Of a stretch of 64,000 nt of DNA, positions 38,427 through 47,279 are shown one piece after another. The stretch's first letter is position 1. Each line of letters starts with the position of its first letter. This DNA comes from an uncultured virus (IMG/VR IMGVR_UViG_3300014656_005142) (Duplodnaviria; Heunggongvirae; Uroviricota; Caudoviricetes): IMG/VR virus record IMGVR_UViG_3300014656_005142; one strand, 5' to 3'. Below the pieces are notes generated by a model. It was not told where the DNA came from, did not search any database, and was given only the letters and a program-made list of their open reading frames with translations. Position numbers and translations under genes: made by a program.

Positions 38427-39472
38427 TAAAGTTTATAGACTATTCTTTTCAAAATCGATTTCAGCTCACGGAAAGTTACGACGATTCTAATTCCATGAGA
38501 TATTTGAGTAGAGATTTCGATATAACTGTTATCGGAAGATTTAATATCCAGGCTACAGAAACTCATGTTATTAAGCCCTTATTTGGAGGAGAGTATAAAG
38601 TCACTTTTCTCCCTTCAAGATATTCAAGAGAACAAGTTCTAGAATTCTTTACTTATATTAATCCTAGTGTGTTCCATTTCCATGGTAACCATTCTTGGAA
38701 AGATTCTCTTTTTTATGTTTCTTCTTTAAAGAATTTTATCCCCACTATCAGAATGATATTTTCTCCTGCGGGATCTTCTTGTGGAACAGAAGAATTTCTT
38801 AAATATTTTAATAAAGTGATTGTTAACCATCCTTTGCAAATACAAAGAATGAGATGTGATCCTAGCAAAGTAATCGTTAGAAAAAGATCTGCTGATCCTC
38901 TTGTCTTTTATCCTGTAGATGTTATTGATGAGATCTATGATTTTGTATTTGTCTCTGGATTTGTTCCTCAGAAAAGAATAGATTTAATGATAGATTTTGT
39001 AAAAGAGACTCCTTATAATCTAGTGATTATTGGAGACTTTACTAGAACAGAAGAGCATTTTAAGCAGATAGTTAACAAAGTTAACTCAGAAAATTTAGGC
39101 AAGAAGATTTTTCTTCATAATTTTATAAAACAAATAGATTTATCCTTTTTTCTTGGAAAATGCAAGGTATGGGTTTGGCCGAATATCCGTCCGGAAAATC
39201 CAGAGACGACTACAAATAGAGCCATAATAGAGGCTCTAGCTTGCGGTCTACCGTTGTTAGTTGGAGAACGTGCGTTTAAGGATTCCGATTTCATAAGGGA
39301 AGGATTTAATGGATACAAGTATTGTGATTTAAATTCTTTTAAGAAATATGCAGATATTTGCATTTTCGACCATGAGAGAATGGGAAAAGCTTCTAGAAAA
39401 TTATCTAAACAAAAGTTTGATTTTAGAGAGAACTTTATAAACTTTTATAATAATCTTTATTCTTCTATATAA
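38405..39472 (+). CDS. Glycosyltransferase family 4 (GT-B)
   Basis: FVSGFVPQKRID, IIEALACGLP, GFNG; true start may be the downstream ATG. Confidence 0.85.
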   Translation: MDTRKKIIKFIDYSFQNRFQLTESYDDSNSMRYLSRDFDITVIGRFNIQATETHVIKPLFGGEYKVTFLPSRYSREQVLEFFTYINPSVFHFHGNHSWKDSLFYVSSLKNFIPTIRMIFSPAGSSCGTEEFLKYFNKVIVNHPLQIQRMRCDPSKVIVRKRSADPLVFYPVDVIDEIYDFVFVSGFVPQKRIDLMIDFVKETPYNLVIIGDFTRTEEHFKQIVNKVNSENLGKKIFLHNFIKQIDLSFFLGKCKVWVWPNIRPENPETTTNRAIIEALACGLPLLVGERAFKDSDFIREGFNGYKYCDLNSFKKYADICIFDHERMGKASRKLSKQKFDFRENFINFYNNLYSSI

Positions 39473-39482
39473 TTTATGAAAA

Positions 39483-39695
39483 ATGAGACCATTCCCTATA
39501 AAACTTAATTATAATTTAGTTCCTGATATTGCTAAAATTCACAGATATCTGTATTGTGATTTTTATTCTAAGTGCCTGAATAAATCTATTAAAAAAAATT
39601 GGAAAACTTTTTCGTGTGTTGAATGTGGTATATTTAAAAAACACAAAAAGGAAATAAGTAAAAATGGAAATAGCCAAAAAAATTTATTGGAATAA
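39483..39695 (+). CDS. Small Cys-rich hypothetical protein
   Basis: YC..Y.KCL....W..FSC.EC. Confidence 0.6.
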   Translation: MRPFPIKLNYNLVPDIAKIHRYLYCDFYSKCLNKSIKKNWKTFSCVECGIFKKHKKEISKNGNSQKNLLE

Positions 39696-40434
39696 GAGAT
39701 CTGAGACTTATAATTTATTAGATTCTGTAGGAACAAGACAGGCTTATAGGATCGCTAACATCGTTAAGATGTTTTCTATTAATAATCCTTTCGTTGTGGA
39801 CGTGGGTTGTGGTCCAGGAATTATTTCTAGAATTGTTAAAGAAAGATTAAGAACTTCTAAGGTTTTAGGAATAGATATTTCTGAAAGGATGATAGATTTT
39901 GCTAAAAGATCTATTATTAATAACCTTGGATTTTTAGAATCTGATTTTCTTGATGATTCTTTGCAGAAACATCTTAATAATAGAGTAGATGTTTTTATAA
40001 TGAGTCTTTTCATGCATCATATGGCTGATGGAAAAGATCTTATTGTTCTTGAAAAATCTTATGAACTTCTTAAAAATAATGGATATATATTAGTGGCTGA
40101 AGCTGTTCCTCCTGAAGATGAAATTCTTGGAGAATATAAGCTTATATTTTCCTTTAAAGAAACTCGTAATTGCTATATTCCATCTAATCTAATTTCTATG
40201 TTAAGGAAAGTGGGATTCATTGGAGTAAGATTTGTAGATTACCCCTTTAAGATTAAATTGAAAAATTGGCTGAATGATAAAACTCTTTCTGAGTGGAGAA
40301 AAGGGTTAATATATGATCTTCATGTAAATGCGACTCCTCAATTTAAAAAAGCTTACAATATGGTTGCTTTTCCAGGGGGAGACTATGAATTGACTTGTAA
40401 AATGTGTCTTGTCTGGGGGCAAAAGAGGGTTTAG
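39664..40434 (+). CDS. Class I SAM-dependent methyltransferase
   Basis: VDVGCGPG, GIDISERMI, FMHH, LKNNG. Confidence 0.9.
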   Translation: MEIAKKIYWNKRSETYNLLDSVGTRQAYRIANIVKMFSINNPFVVDVGCGPGIISRIVKERLRTSKVLGIDISERMIDFAKRSIINNLGFLESDFLDDSLQKHLNNRVDVFIMSLFMHHMADGKDLIVLEKSYELLKNNGYILVAEAVPPEDEILGEYKLIFSFKETRNCYIPSNLISMLRKVGFIGVRFVDYPFKIKLKNWLNDKTLSEWRKGLIYDLHVNATPQFKKAYNMVAFPGGDYELTCKMCLVWGQKRV

Positions 40435-40483
40435 TTTACGAAAAAAGTATAATATTTTATAAACTAAATGCTGGGGGGGAGGG

Positions 40484-40675
40484 ATGATCAGAAAAGAGTT
40501 ATTAGATAAGCATAGACAGTTGCTTATACAAGAAATTGAAATCTTGCTGGAGCAATTTGAAGAAAACACTAATAAACAGGTCGGGAGTATCTCGTTCATA
40601 AGAATCTTGACGGGGTTAAAGTATCCCCAGAAGGAGATTGAATATTTAGTCAGTGCCGAGGTGGTGGAAGGGTAG
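40484..40675 (+). CDS. Small hypothetical protein; 3' end overlaps the tRNA-like RNA
   Basis: GGAGG SD; ORF track. Confidence 0.5.
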   Translation: MIRKELLDKHRQLLIQEIEILLEQFEENTNKQVGSISFIRILTGLKYPQKEIEYLVSAEVVEG

Positions 40676-40768
40676 ACACTAAGCCTGATAGTTGGAGGGA
40701 CCAGATCAATGGCAATGCAGCAGGTAGCACGCAACTCCGACATGCGGGTTCGAGTCCCGCCCTCGGCA
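40655..40768 (+). ncRNA. tRNA-Leu-like RNA with non-canonical, enlarged anticodon/variable domain
   Basis: Acceptor GCCGAGG/CCTCGGC+A, D arm TGGTGGAAGGGTAGACAC, T arm GCGGG-TTCGAGT-CCCGC; 64 nt between D and T arms with no standard anticodon arm; no encoded CCA. Confidence 0.75.
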
Positions 40769-40791
40769 ACAAAAAATAATAGGAGGATTAT

Positions 40792-41166
40792 ATGAATGAA
40801 AATAAAGAAAAATTTAATATGACTTCAATATTAATTGTTCTTATGTTTATGGCTCTACTTTTATCTGGATTAATTAACTCTTATTATACTGTTAGAAATA
40901 ATGGTGATATTAAGTTTCTTCATTCTTCCATAATGTCTTTCCAAGATCATGTTTTGAAATTAAAAGGTTCAAATCCACCTGCAATAACAGTTGGAAGATC
41001 AGATAAAGTTGACATTATCACAACGAGTAGTAAAATATATGTTCAATTAGAAGCGAAGAAATTATTTCCTGATGATGAAGAAGAAGAAAAAGATCTAGAG
41101 AAAAAAGCTAAGTCTTCTAAAGAGGAGAAAAGTAATGGGAAAAGAAATAAAAAGGATAATAAGTGA
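40792..41166 (+). CDS. Membrane-anchored hypothetical protein
   Basis: N-terminal hydrophobic helix; AGGAGG SD. Confidence 0.65.
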   Translation: MNENKEKFNMTSILIVLMFMALLLSGLINSYYTVRNNGDIKFLHSSIMSFQDHVLKLKGSNPPAITVGRSDKVDIITTSSKIYVQLEAKKLFPDDEEEEKDLEKKAKSSKEEKSNGKRNKKDNK

Positions 41167-41290
41167 ATTCAGAGGTCTTGAAAGAGCTATTGTTGCATTT
41201 ATATCGTTTGTGTTAGTTTTTTTCTTGGTTATCATTCCTTGGGTGTATGGGTGGGTAATGTTAGCGAAAAGATGTGGATTTCTGAATTGA
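41135..41290 (+). CDS. Small membrane protein (51 aa, not in ORF track)
   Basis: MGKEIK...AIVAFISFVLVFFLVIIPWVYGW; GAGGAG SD. Confidence 0.55.
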   Translation: MGKEIKRIISEFRGLERAIVAFISFVLVFFLVIIPWVYGWVMLAKRCGFLN

Positions 41291-41291
41291 T

Positions 41292-41471
41292 ATGACAAAA
41301 GCTATTTTTGATATATGTTCAAGATGTAGAAAATATGGTAGATTTGAAAAAAGAGTAATTGTTGATATGAGAAGATATTTCTGTAATTCCTGTAGGGCTG
41401 CTCTTTTCTCTAAGAATAAATGTGAAGATTATGAGAAATGGAAATTATATGTTTATAGAGAGGATAAATAA
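41292..41471 (+). CDS. Small Zn-finger protein (59 aa, not in ORF track)
   Basis: CSRC...CNSC; fills the gap before cysC. Confidence 0.55.
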   Translation: MTKAIFDICSRCRKYGRFEKRVIVDMRRYFCNSCRAALFSKNKCEDYEKWKLYVYREDK

Positions 41472-41473
41472 AG

Positions 41474-41809
41474 ATGATATTCTGGATAACAGGAAAAGCT
41501 AAATCTGGTAAAACCACTTTAGCTTACAGAATGGCGAAGCAAATAAAAGGAATTGTTCTTGATGGAGATGATGTTAGAAAATACTTTCCTGAAGAATATG
41601 ATTCTATGAGCATATATAGGCATCTTGAACGAATAACTAATTTTGCTCTTATATTAGAGAATCAAGGATTTAATGTTATAATCTCGTGCATTAGTCCAGA
41701 TAGATCTATTAGAAAATATTTTCAAAGAAAATTTGAGAGTTGTATAGAAATCTGCCTTCCTTTTGGGACAATGTGGGAAGGAACTAAATATGAATATCCT
41801 AAGGATTAG
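41474..41809 (+). CDS. cysC: Adenylylsulfate (APS) kinase, short form
   Basis: IFWITGKAKSGKTTLA, LDGDDVR, LENQGFNVIISCISP..R; lid region shortened. Confidence 0.8.
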   Translation: MIFWITGKAKSGKTTLAYRMAKQIKGIVLDGDDVRKYFPEEYDSMSIYRHLERITNFALILENQGFNVIISCISPDRSIRKYFQRKFESCIEICLPFGTMWEGTKYEYPKD

Positions 41810-41844
41810 CATCTTTCATGGAATTCCCTCCCCATGTTAGGTGC

Positions 41845-41877
41845 ATAGACCCCTCCCCGGAGGGGTCTATCTCTTTT
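41845..41877 (+). terminator. Intrinsic terminator ending the glycan region
   Basis: ATAGACCCCTC-CCCG-GAGGGGTCTAT hairpin followed by CTCTTTT. Confidence 0.75.
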
Positions 41878-41891
41878 AGTAGATATAAATT

Positions 41892-44213
41892 ATGAAAATA
41901 ATAGTAGATTCAGTTAGAGGAAAAATATTTGATTGTCCTAAAGATTTAAGTAAGAATCTTTATACTTTATGTTCATATAGACATCCTCAATATCAATTTT
42001 CTAATGCTTATTTAAATGGAGTTTGGGATGGATATATAAGAAAATATACTACAAATAATTCTTTTCCTTCTGGGTTGTTATTCAGAATAACTCAATTTCT
42101 TAATAAGAAAAATATAAAATATGAATTATTAGATACCAGAAAGAAATTTAAGATTGATGAAAAAGTTGTTCTGGAGAATATAGAAAAGTTTGGTCTTATT
42201 TTGAGACCTTATCAAATAGATGGCCTTATAATGGGGATTAATAATCCTTATATGATTTTCTGGTTTGCTACTGCTTCTGGAAAAACTGTTGTGTTTTCTT
42301 CTCTTATTACTGCATTTAAAGCAAAAAATAAGTTTAGAAAAACTCTTATTCTTGTGGCTTTAACGGATTTAGCTTTCCAGCATAGAGAAGAAGTGGGAAA
42401 ATTACTTGGAACCAAGATGGGTCTAATAGAAGAAGGCAGGTTTGAACCTGAAGATATAACTGTATCTGTAATTAATACTTTATGGAATAGAGCAATTAAA
42501 AAGAAAGACAATAGAGTTCTTAAGTATCTTGAAAATGTGGAATATCTTATAGTGGACGAATGTTTTGATGGAAAACAAGTAGTTTTAATGCCAGATGGGT
42601 CTCAGAAAATAATAAAAAGAATAATAGAGGATAAAGATGAATACGTTATGTCTTTGTCTTCTAATGGAATTCTAGAAAAGAAAAGAGTTCTTAGGTGGAT
42701 TAGTAGACCTTATTTTGGAAAAATGCTGAGAATCAAGTTTAGAAATTTAAGAGGAAAGTATTCATCTATAGTTTGTACTCCTAGCCATAAATTTTTTCTT
42801 GAAGATGAGTCTTTGGTGAGAGCAGATAAATTAAAGAAATTTGATTGGGTTAAATTTGTAGTAAGAAGAGATAAAGGATGTCTTGTTAATTTAAAATCTC
42901 AAAATGGAAGACATTTAAGTGGAGGAAGAAGAATATTTTGTATTACTTTGTCAAAATTAAATGAACACATTTCTCATCTATCTACCCTTTCTGGACTTTC
43001 TAAAAAGATTGTTAAAGAAAAAATTGATCGCATACTAAAAATTATAGATTTAAAAAAAGGAAGAATTGCTGAGCATCTTTTAGTTTATGCTTTGGTTCAT
43101 GATATTCATTTGTTAGAAAAAAAATTGGGACATGATATAAATATTCATCATGTTAACAATAATCATTATGATAATAAAATAGAAAATTTAGAGTTGCATT
43201 CACATGGAGATCATTCTAGAATTAGTGGAAATCAATATTCTTCTTCTCCAAAAGATTTGGAAATAAGTGAAGCTTTTGTTCTTTCTGTTGAAGAAGTTAA
43301 AAATGTGCAAACTTTCACTAAATGTGTTTACAATTTAGAAATAGAAGAGACTAATAGATATTTTGTAAATTGTGTTCTTGTTTCTAATTGTCATCATGTT
43401 GTTGAAAGTAAGATGATGAAACAAGTGATAAATAAATGTAAAAACACAATAGCTAGACACGGATTTTCCGGTTCTCCTTATAGCTTAACCATTGATGATA
43501 TAGAGTTAGAATGTTATACAGGCCCTCCTCTTTCTAAAGTAACTCTTTCTGATTTAATTAGAGAAGGGTGGATTTCGAGACCTCATGTTTATATTCTCAA
43601 ATATGAATTTCCTTTTATGAAGGGAGTTTATTATCAAACTGCTTATAAAAAAGGAATAGTTAAAAATGAAATTAGAAATAGAATGATAGTAGATATTTGT
43701 AAGAATAAATATCTAAATTCTGATAAGACTATTTTGATTCTTATTCGAATGATTCAGCATGGTAAAATATTAAAAGATATGTTGTTAGATTCTGGCATAG
43801 AAAACTCTGATTTAGAATATGTTCATGGAAGCACTCCTAAATTTGTAAGATCTGGAGTTAAAGAAAAATTTAGAAATAAGGAAATTAGAATAGTTATAGC
43901 CAGTCAGATATGGAATGAAGGGGTTAATATTCCTTCTGTTGATGTTCTCATTAAAGCTGATGGAGGAGGAGGGCATGAGATTAAAGGAGATAAAGGAGTT
44001 AGATCTGTAGTTCAGCAGATTGGAAGAGTTTTAAGAAAACCTTTAAATGGAATAGATGTGGATACTAGTATAGAAAATATTGTTGAGATATATGATTTTA
44101 ATGATAATATTCATAAAGACTTAGCTCGGCATTCTAAGAATAGAATTGATACATACAAAATGGAAAAGGAGTTTGTTATTCATGAAGAAAAAGGATATAA
44201 GAAATGTCTTTAG
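41892..44213 (+). CDS. SF2 DNA helicase (UvsW-like) containing an intein
   Basis: LRPYQ, ATASGKT, DE|intein|CHH, GFSGSP, EGVNIP, QQIGRVLR. Confidence 0.9.
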   Translation: MKIIVDSVRGKIFDCPKDLSKNLYTLCSYRHPQYQFSNAYLNGVWDGYIRKYTTNNSFPSGLLFRITQFLNKKNIKYELLDTRKKFKIDEKVVLENIEKFGLILRPYQIDGLIMGINNPYMIFWFATASGKTVVFSSLITAFKAKNKFRKTLILVALTDLAFQHREEVGKLLGTKMGLIEEGRFEPEDITVSVINTLWNRAIKKKDNRVLKYLENVEYLIVDECFDGKQVVLMPDGSQKIIKRIIEDKDEYVMSLSSNGILEKKRVLRWISRPYFGKMLRIKFRNLRGKYSSIVCTPSHKFFLEDESLVRADKLKKFDWVKFVVRRDKGCLVNLKSQNGRHLSGGRRIFCITLSKLNEHISHLSTLSGLSKKIVKEKIDRILKIIDLKKGRIAEHLLVYALVHDIHLLEKKLGHDINIHHVNNNHYDNKIENLELHSHGDHSRISGNQYSSSPKDLEISEAFVLSVEEVKNVQTFTKCVYNLEIEETNRYFVNCVLVSNCHHVVESKMMKQVINKCKNTIARHGFSGSPYSLTIDDIELECYTGPPLSKVTLSDLIREGWISRPHVYILKYEFPFMKGVYYQTAYKKGIVKNEIRNRMIVDICKNKYLNSDKTILILIRMIQHGKILKDMLLDSGIENSDLEYVHGSTPKFVRSGVKEKFRNKEIRIVIASQIWNEGVNIPSVDVLIKADGGGGHEIKGDKGVRSVVQQIGRVLRKPLNGIDVDTSIENIVEIYDFNDNIHKDLARHSKNRIDTYKMEKEFVIHEEKGYKKCL
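42561..43388 (+). mobile_element. Intein (276 aa) with HNH homing endonuclease
   Basis: Starts CFDGKQ; block B CTPSHKF; HNH IHHVNNNHYDNKIENL; ends VYNLEIE..YFVNCVLVSN|C. Confidence 0.92.
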
Positions 44214-44895
44214 AGGATATTTGTCTGATTTGAGTGGAAGTGGAAAAATTGAATTTATAATTGATAGAGATAAGAAAGTTATTAATGAATTATGCATTAA
44301 GGTTTTAAAAAATTTTGAGAATAAAGAACAGATAGAAGAATACCTAGATTTTGTTGTTGAATATATTAAAGGGCTAAACAAATTCTTTGTTAAGAAAAAA
44401 AGAAGTAGAATTTCTTATACTAGGCTTTTTAATTTTGCGAATAAAGATGAAAGAATTTCTGAGTTTTTTATAAATAAAAGCATAAGGAATAAAAAGGAAA
44501 TAGAAGAAAATAAAAAAGATATTGCTGGATTCTCTTCGACACAAGATGATAATGAAGAAATTTTAGAGATGTCGAGCTTATCTATTAAATTTGAGGGAGA
44601 AATTTATAAGTTTATTTGGATAGAAAACGGAATAATGTTTTTCTTTTCTCCAGTGAAAAGAGAAATTGTAGTTCAGTTTTTAGGTGGAAAAATTATAACT
44701 TTTAATTCATATAAAAAGAATTTTAAAATAGATAATTCCATAAGTCATAAGTTTGTAGGAAGAATGGTTTTATTTAAAAAGATTTCTAGGTTTGATAAGA
44801 AAACAGATACAATGCACGCTTTTCTAATCTATATAAGACAGGAGAGAGCCAAAATTGCAAGGAGAAAATTTCAGAAGAGAAACCTCAATATCTGA
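44182..44895 (+). CDS. Hypothetical protein upstream of helicase loader
   Basis: ATG 44182 with AAGGAG SD. Confidence 0.6.
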   Translation: MKKKDIRNVFRGYLSDLSGSGKIEFIIDRDKKVINELCIKVLKNFENKEQIEEYLDFVVEYIKGLNKFFVKKKRSRISYTRLFNFANKDERISEFFINKSIRNKKEIEENKKDIAGFSSTQDDNEEILEMSSLSIKFEGEIYKFIWIENGIMFFFSPVKREIVVQFLGGKIITFNSYKKNFKIDNSISHKFVGRMVLFKKISRFDKKTDTMHAFLIYIRQERAKIARRKFQKRNLNI

Positions 44896-45661
44896 TCTTG
44901 ATATTCTAAGACTCAGAATTGTTGGAGAACATAAGATATGCGGAGGAAAGGGAATAAGAGAAAAATCCATTATAGATAGTAATGGAGTTCCCAGAACTGT
45001 TGCTAGATTATGTAAATGTAATAGAAGATTCGACTTAATTTCAAGGTTCGTCCTATCTGATATTCCCTACTATAGTCTGATAAATCAAAAAATTTATAAA
45101 AAAATAGTCGTTGATGAACTTTCTGGAAAAGATATAGATCTTAAGAAAGAACTTGTATATCCTTTTATTAAGAAAATAAGACAAGTGATTGTGAATCCCT
45201 ATGGCCTTGTGTTCTTGGGAAAACATGGAACTGGAAAGACCTTTGTTGGTCAGAAAATTTTATATTATGTTCTTTCTAATGGACATACTGCTCATTATAT
45301 TGAGCTTTCTAGTTTTTTAAATCTCTTGAGAAGAAATTTTGAAGAAAATTTGGATCCGTTAATACATGAAATTTCCAATGTTGATATTCTTATGATAGAT
45401 GAAATAGGGAATGAAAGCAAGAGAAGTGAATTTTCCATAGGTGAATTTAAGTCTCTTTTAAAGAGAAGAGTTGAAAGCAACAAGCCTACTATTTTAGCCA
45501 GTAACTATTCTTACGGAGAATTCAAGGTGGCTTATGGAAAATCTGTTGAATCTATTGTTGAAGCTTTTTCTAAAATATTGAATTTCAAAAAAGTTGTGGA
45601 TGTTAGAAGAGTCAAGGGAAGAGCTGATTTAGAATCATTCTTCAAGAAAATTAAGGAATAG
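44855..45661 (+). CDS. DnaC/IstB-like AAA+ helicase loader
   Basis: HKICGGKG..CKC Zn motif, GKHGTGKT, LMIDEIG.E, PTILASN. Confidence 0.88.
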   Translation: MQGENFRRETSISDLDILRLRIVGEHKICGGKGIREKSIIDSNGVPRTVARLCKCNRRFDLISRFVLSDIPYYSLINQKIYKKIVVDELSGKDIDLKKELVYPFIKKIRQVIVNPYGLVFLGKHGTGKTFVGQKILYYVLSNGHTAHYIELSSFLNLLRRNFEENLDPLIHEISNVDILMIDEIGNESKRSEFSIGEFKSLLKRRVESNKPTILASNYSYGEFKVAYGKSVESIVEAFSKILNFKKVVDVRRVKGRADLESFFKKIKE

Positions 45662-45664
45662 AAG

Positions 45665-46951
45665 ATGAGTCTTGAGAATTTTGAATCTGATTTCATTGTA
45701 TTTCTTTTAAATAAAGATAGATTTTTAAAATTTCATAATAGAATAAAAGAAAAGCATTTCACTAATGAGATATTGCGATGGATATTTAAAGTGATAGAGA
45801 CTCATTATAGAAGATATAATGAAATTCCTAATCTAAAAGTTTTCAAGACTGAAATTTTTAAATTAACAGTTCCGAATAATGAAAAGAAAGCTTATTATAT
45901 TACAATAAAGAAACTTCTTAGTAAAAAATTATCTATTTCTGAAAAGTATATAGAAGATAATGTGAGAGAAAAAGTTGAAAAGGAAGAATTTGTTGAATCT
46001 ATTCAAAAAGCTGTATATAATATTGAAAAGGGGGATCTGAATAGAGCTAGAAAAGATTTAATACAATCTGTTCTCTTGGGAAAAGAGGATAAAAAATTTC
46101 CTATTATAAGTGTTCTTAAAGATTGGAAGTCTAGACAAGTTATAAGGAAAGAGTTAAAAAAATTACCTTCTAGTAAGAGATTTGTTTCTACCCCTTATTC
46201 TGCCATTAATAGAATTTCTAGTGGAATTCAAATTTCAGAAGCTGCTACTGTTGCTGGATTAACTGGAGTGGGAAAGTCTATAATGCTTGGAGAATTTGGG
46301 CTCAATTCTCTGCTAGAAAATTTAAACGTACTGCATTTTCCTCTAGAAAATACTGGAGAACAAACTGCTCAGAGATATGATAGTAGAATTTCTGAGATTG
46401 AATATGATATAATAAAATTCTACAGGTTTAAGGGGCCAGAAATAAAGACCTTTGAAAAAATATTTAAAGTATTAAGTTCTACTATATCAGGGGATGTTAA
46501 AATCCAGGAAACTTATAGAAACGAAGCTGATTTTTCCTATATAGAAGAGACTATTCTGTATTTAAGAGAACAGGGATCTAATACTGATTTCTTAATAATA
46601 GATTCGTGTGATATAATGAAATCTGCAATAAGATATGAATCCTATAGACTAGATAGAGCTTCTATATATTGGGATTTTAAAGACTACTGTAAAATGAAAA
46701 GAATTCCTGGATTAACCACTACTCAATTAAAGATTGGAAGTAAAGGAAGAGTAGCCACTTCAGAAGATCTTGCAGAATCTTATGATAAAGCTAGAATTTT
46801 GGATTTAGTTTATATTATGAGCCAGACAGAAGAAGATAGGAAAAAAAATATAGTTAGATTTTCTCTTGATAAAAACAGAGATGGAGTTGATGGAATAAAT
46901 GTTAATCTTTATAAAGATGCTGCTAAAATGAGATTTTTAGAGGTTATATGA
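45665..46951 (+). CDS. dnaB: DnaB-like replicative helicase
   Basis: GLTGVGKS, PLEN, LIIDSCD, TTTQL, DLAES, DKNRDG. Confidence 0.88.
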   Translation: MSLENFESDFIVFLLNKDRFLKFHNRIKEKHFTNEILRWIFKVIETHYRRYNEIPNLKVFKTEIFKLTVPNNEKKAYYITIKKLLSKKLSISEKYIEDNVREKVEKEEFVESIQKAVYNIEKGDLNRARKDLIQSVLLGKEDKKFPIISVLKDWKSRQVIRKELKKLPSSKRFVSTPYSAINRISSGIQISEAATVAGLTGVGKSIMLGEFGLNSLLENLNVLHFPLENTGEQTAQRYDSRISEIEYDIIKFYRFKGPEIKTFEKIFKVLSSTISGDVKIQETYRNEADFSYIEETILYLREQGSNTDFLIIDSCDIMKSAIRYESYRLDRASIYWDFKDYCKMKRIPGLTTTQLKIGSKGRVATSEDLAESYDKARILDLVYIMSQTEEDRKKNIVRFSLDKNRDGVDGINVNLYKDAAKMRFLEVI

Positions 46952-47274
46952 TGTCTAAAAAAAGAATAAATAGAATTAAAAAACCGACTTCTGTAAAGAA
47001 ATCTTTTGCTTTTAAGTTTGAAATAGAAACTAGAAGAATTGTAGCCCAGGCTATTCTTCCTTTGAAATCTGAAATTTCTAGATTGTCAGAAGAACTATTA
47101 AACGCTAAAGGGAATTTGGTTGCTTGCACTACATGCTTGAGTAATAAAAAGATCTTCACTGCTGATGAATATATAGCGGAATATAATAGATTTATCTTAG
47201 AAGAAATAGGGGTAGATAAAAATGGGAATATGTCTGGAAGATCTATCTTTTCTTTATATAATGTGGAGGATTAG
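46948..47274 (+). CDS. Hypothetical protein, paralog of 21810..22154
   Basis: Shared IFT..E..GVDKNGNMSG..YN. Confidence 0.7.
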   Translation: MMSKKRINRIKKPTSVKKSFAFKFEIETRRIVAQAILPLKSEISRLSEELLNAKGNLVACTTCLSNKKIFTADEYIAEYNRFILEEIGVDKNGNMSGRSIFSLYNVED

Positions 47275-47279
47275 TTAAT

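Noticed and set aside
40655..40768. Assigning an anticodon, or calling it tmRNA
   Set aside because: No canonical anticodon stem-loop; far too short for tmRNA and lacks the Ala G3-U70 acceptor
44855..44895. Programmed frameshift joining 44182 to the DnaC-like gene
   Set aside because: A TTG start with an AGGAG SD explains the overlap
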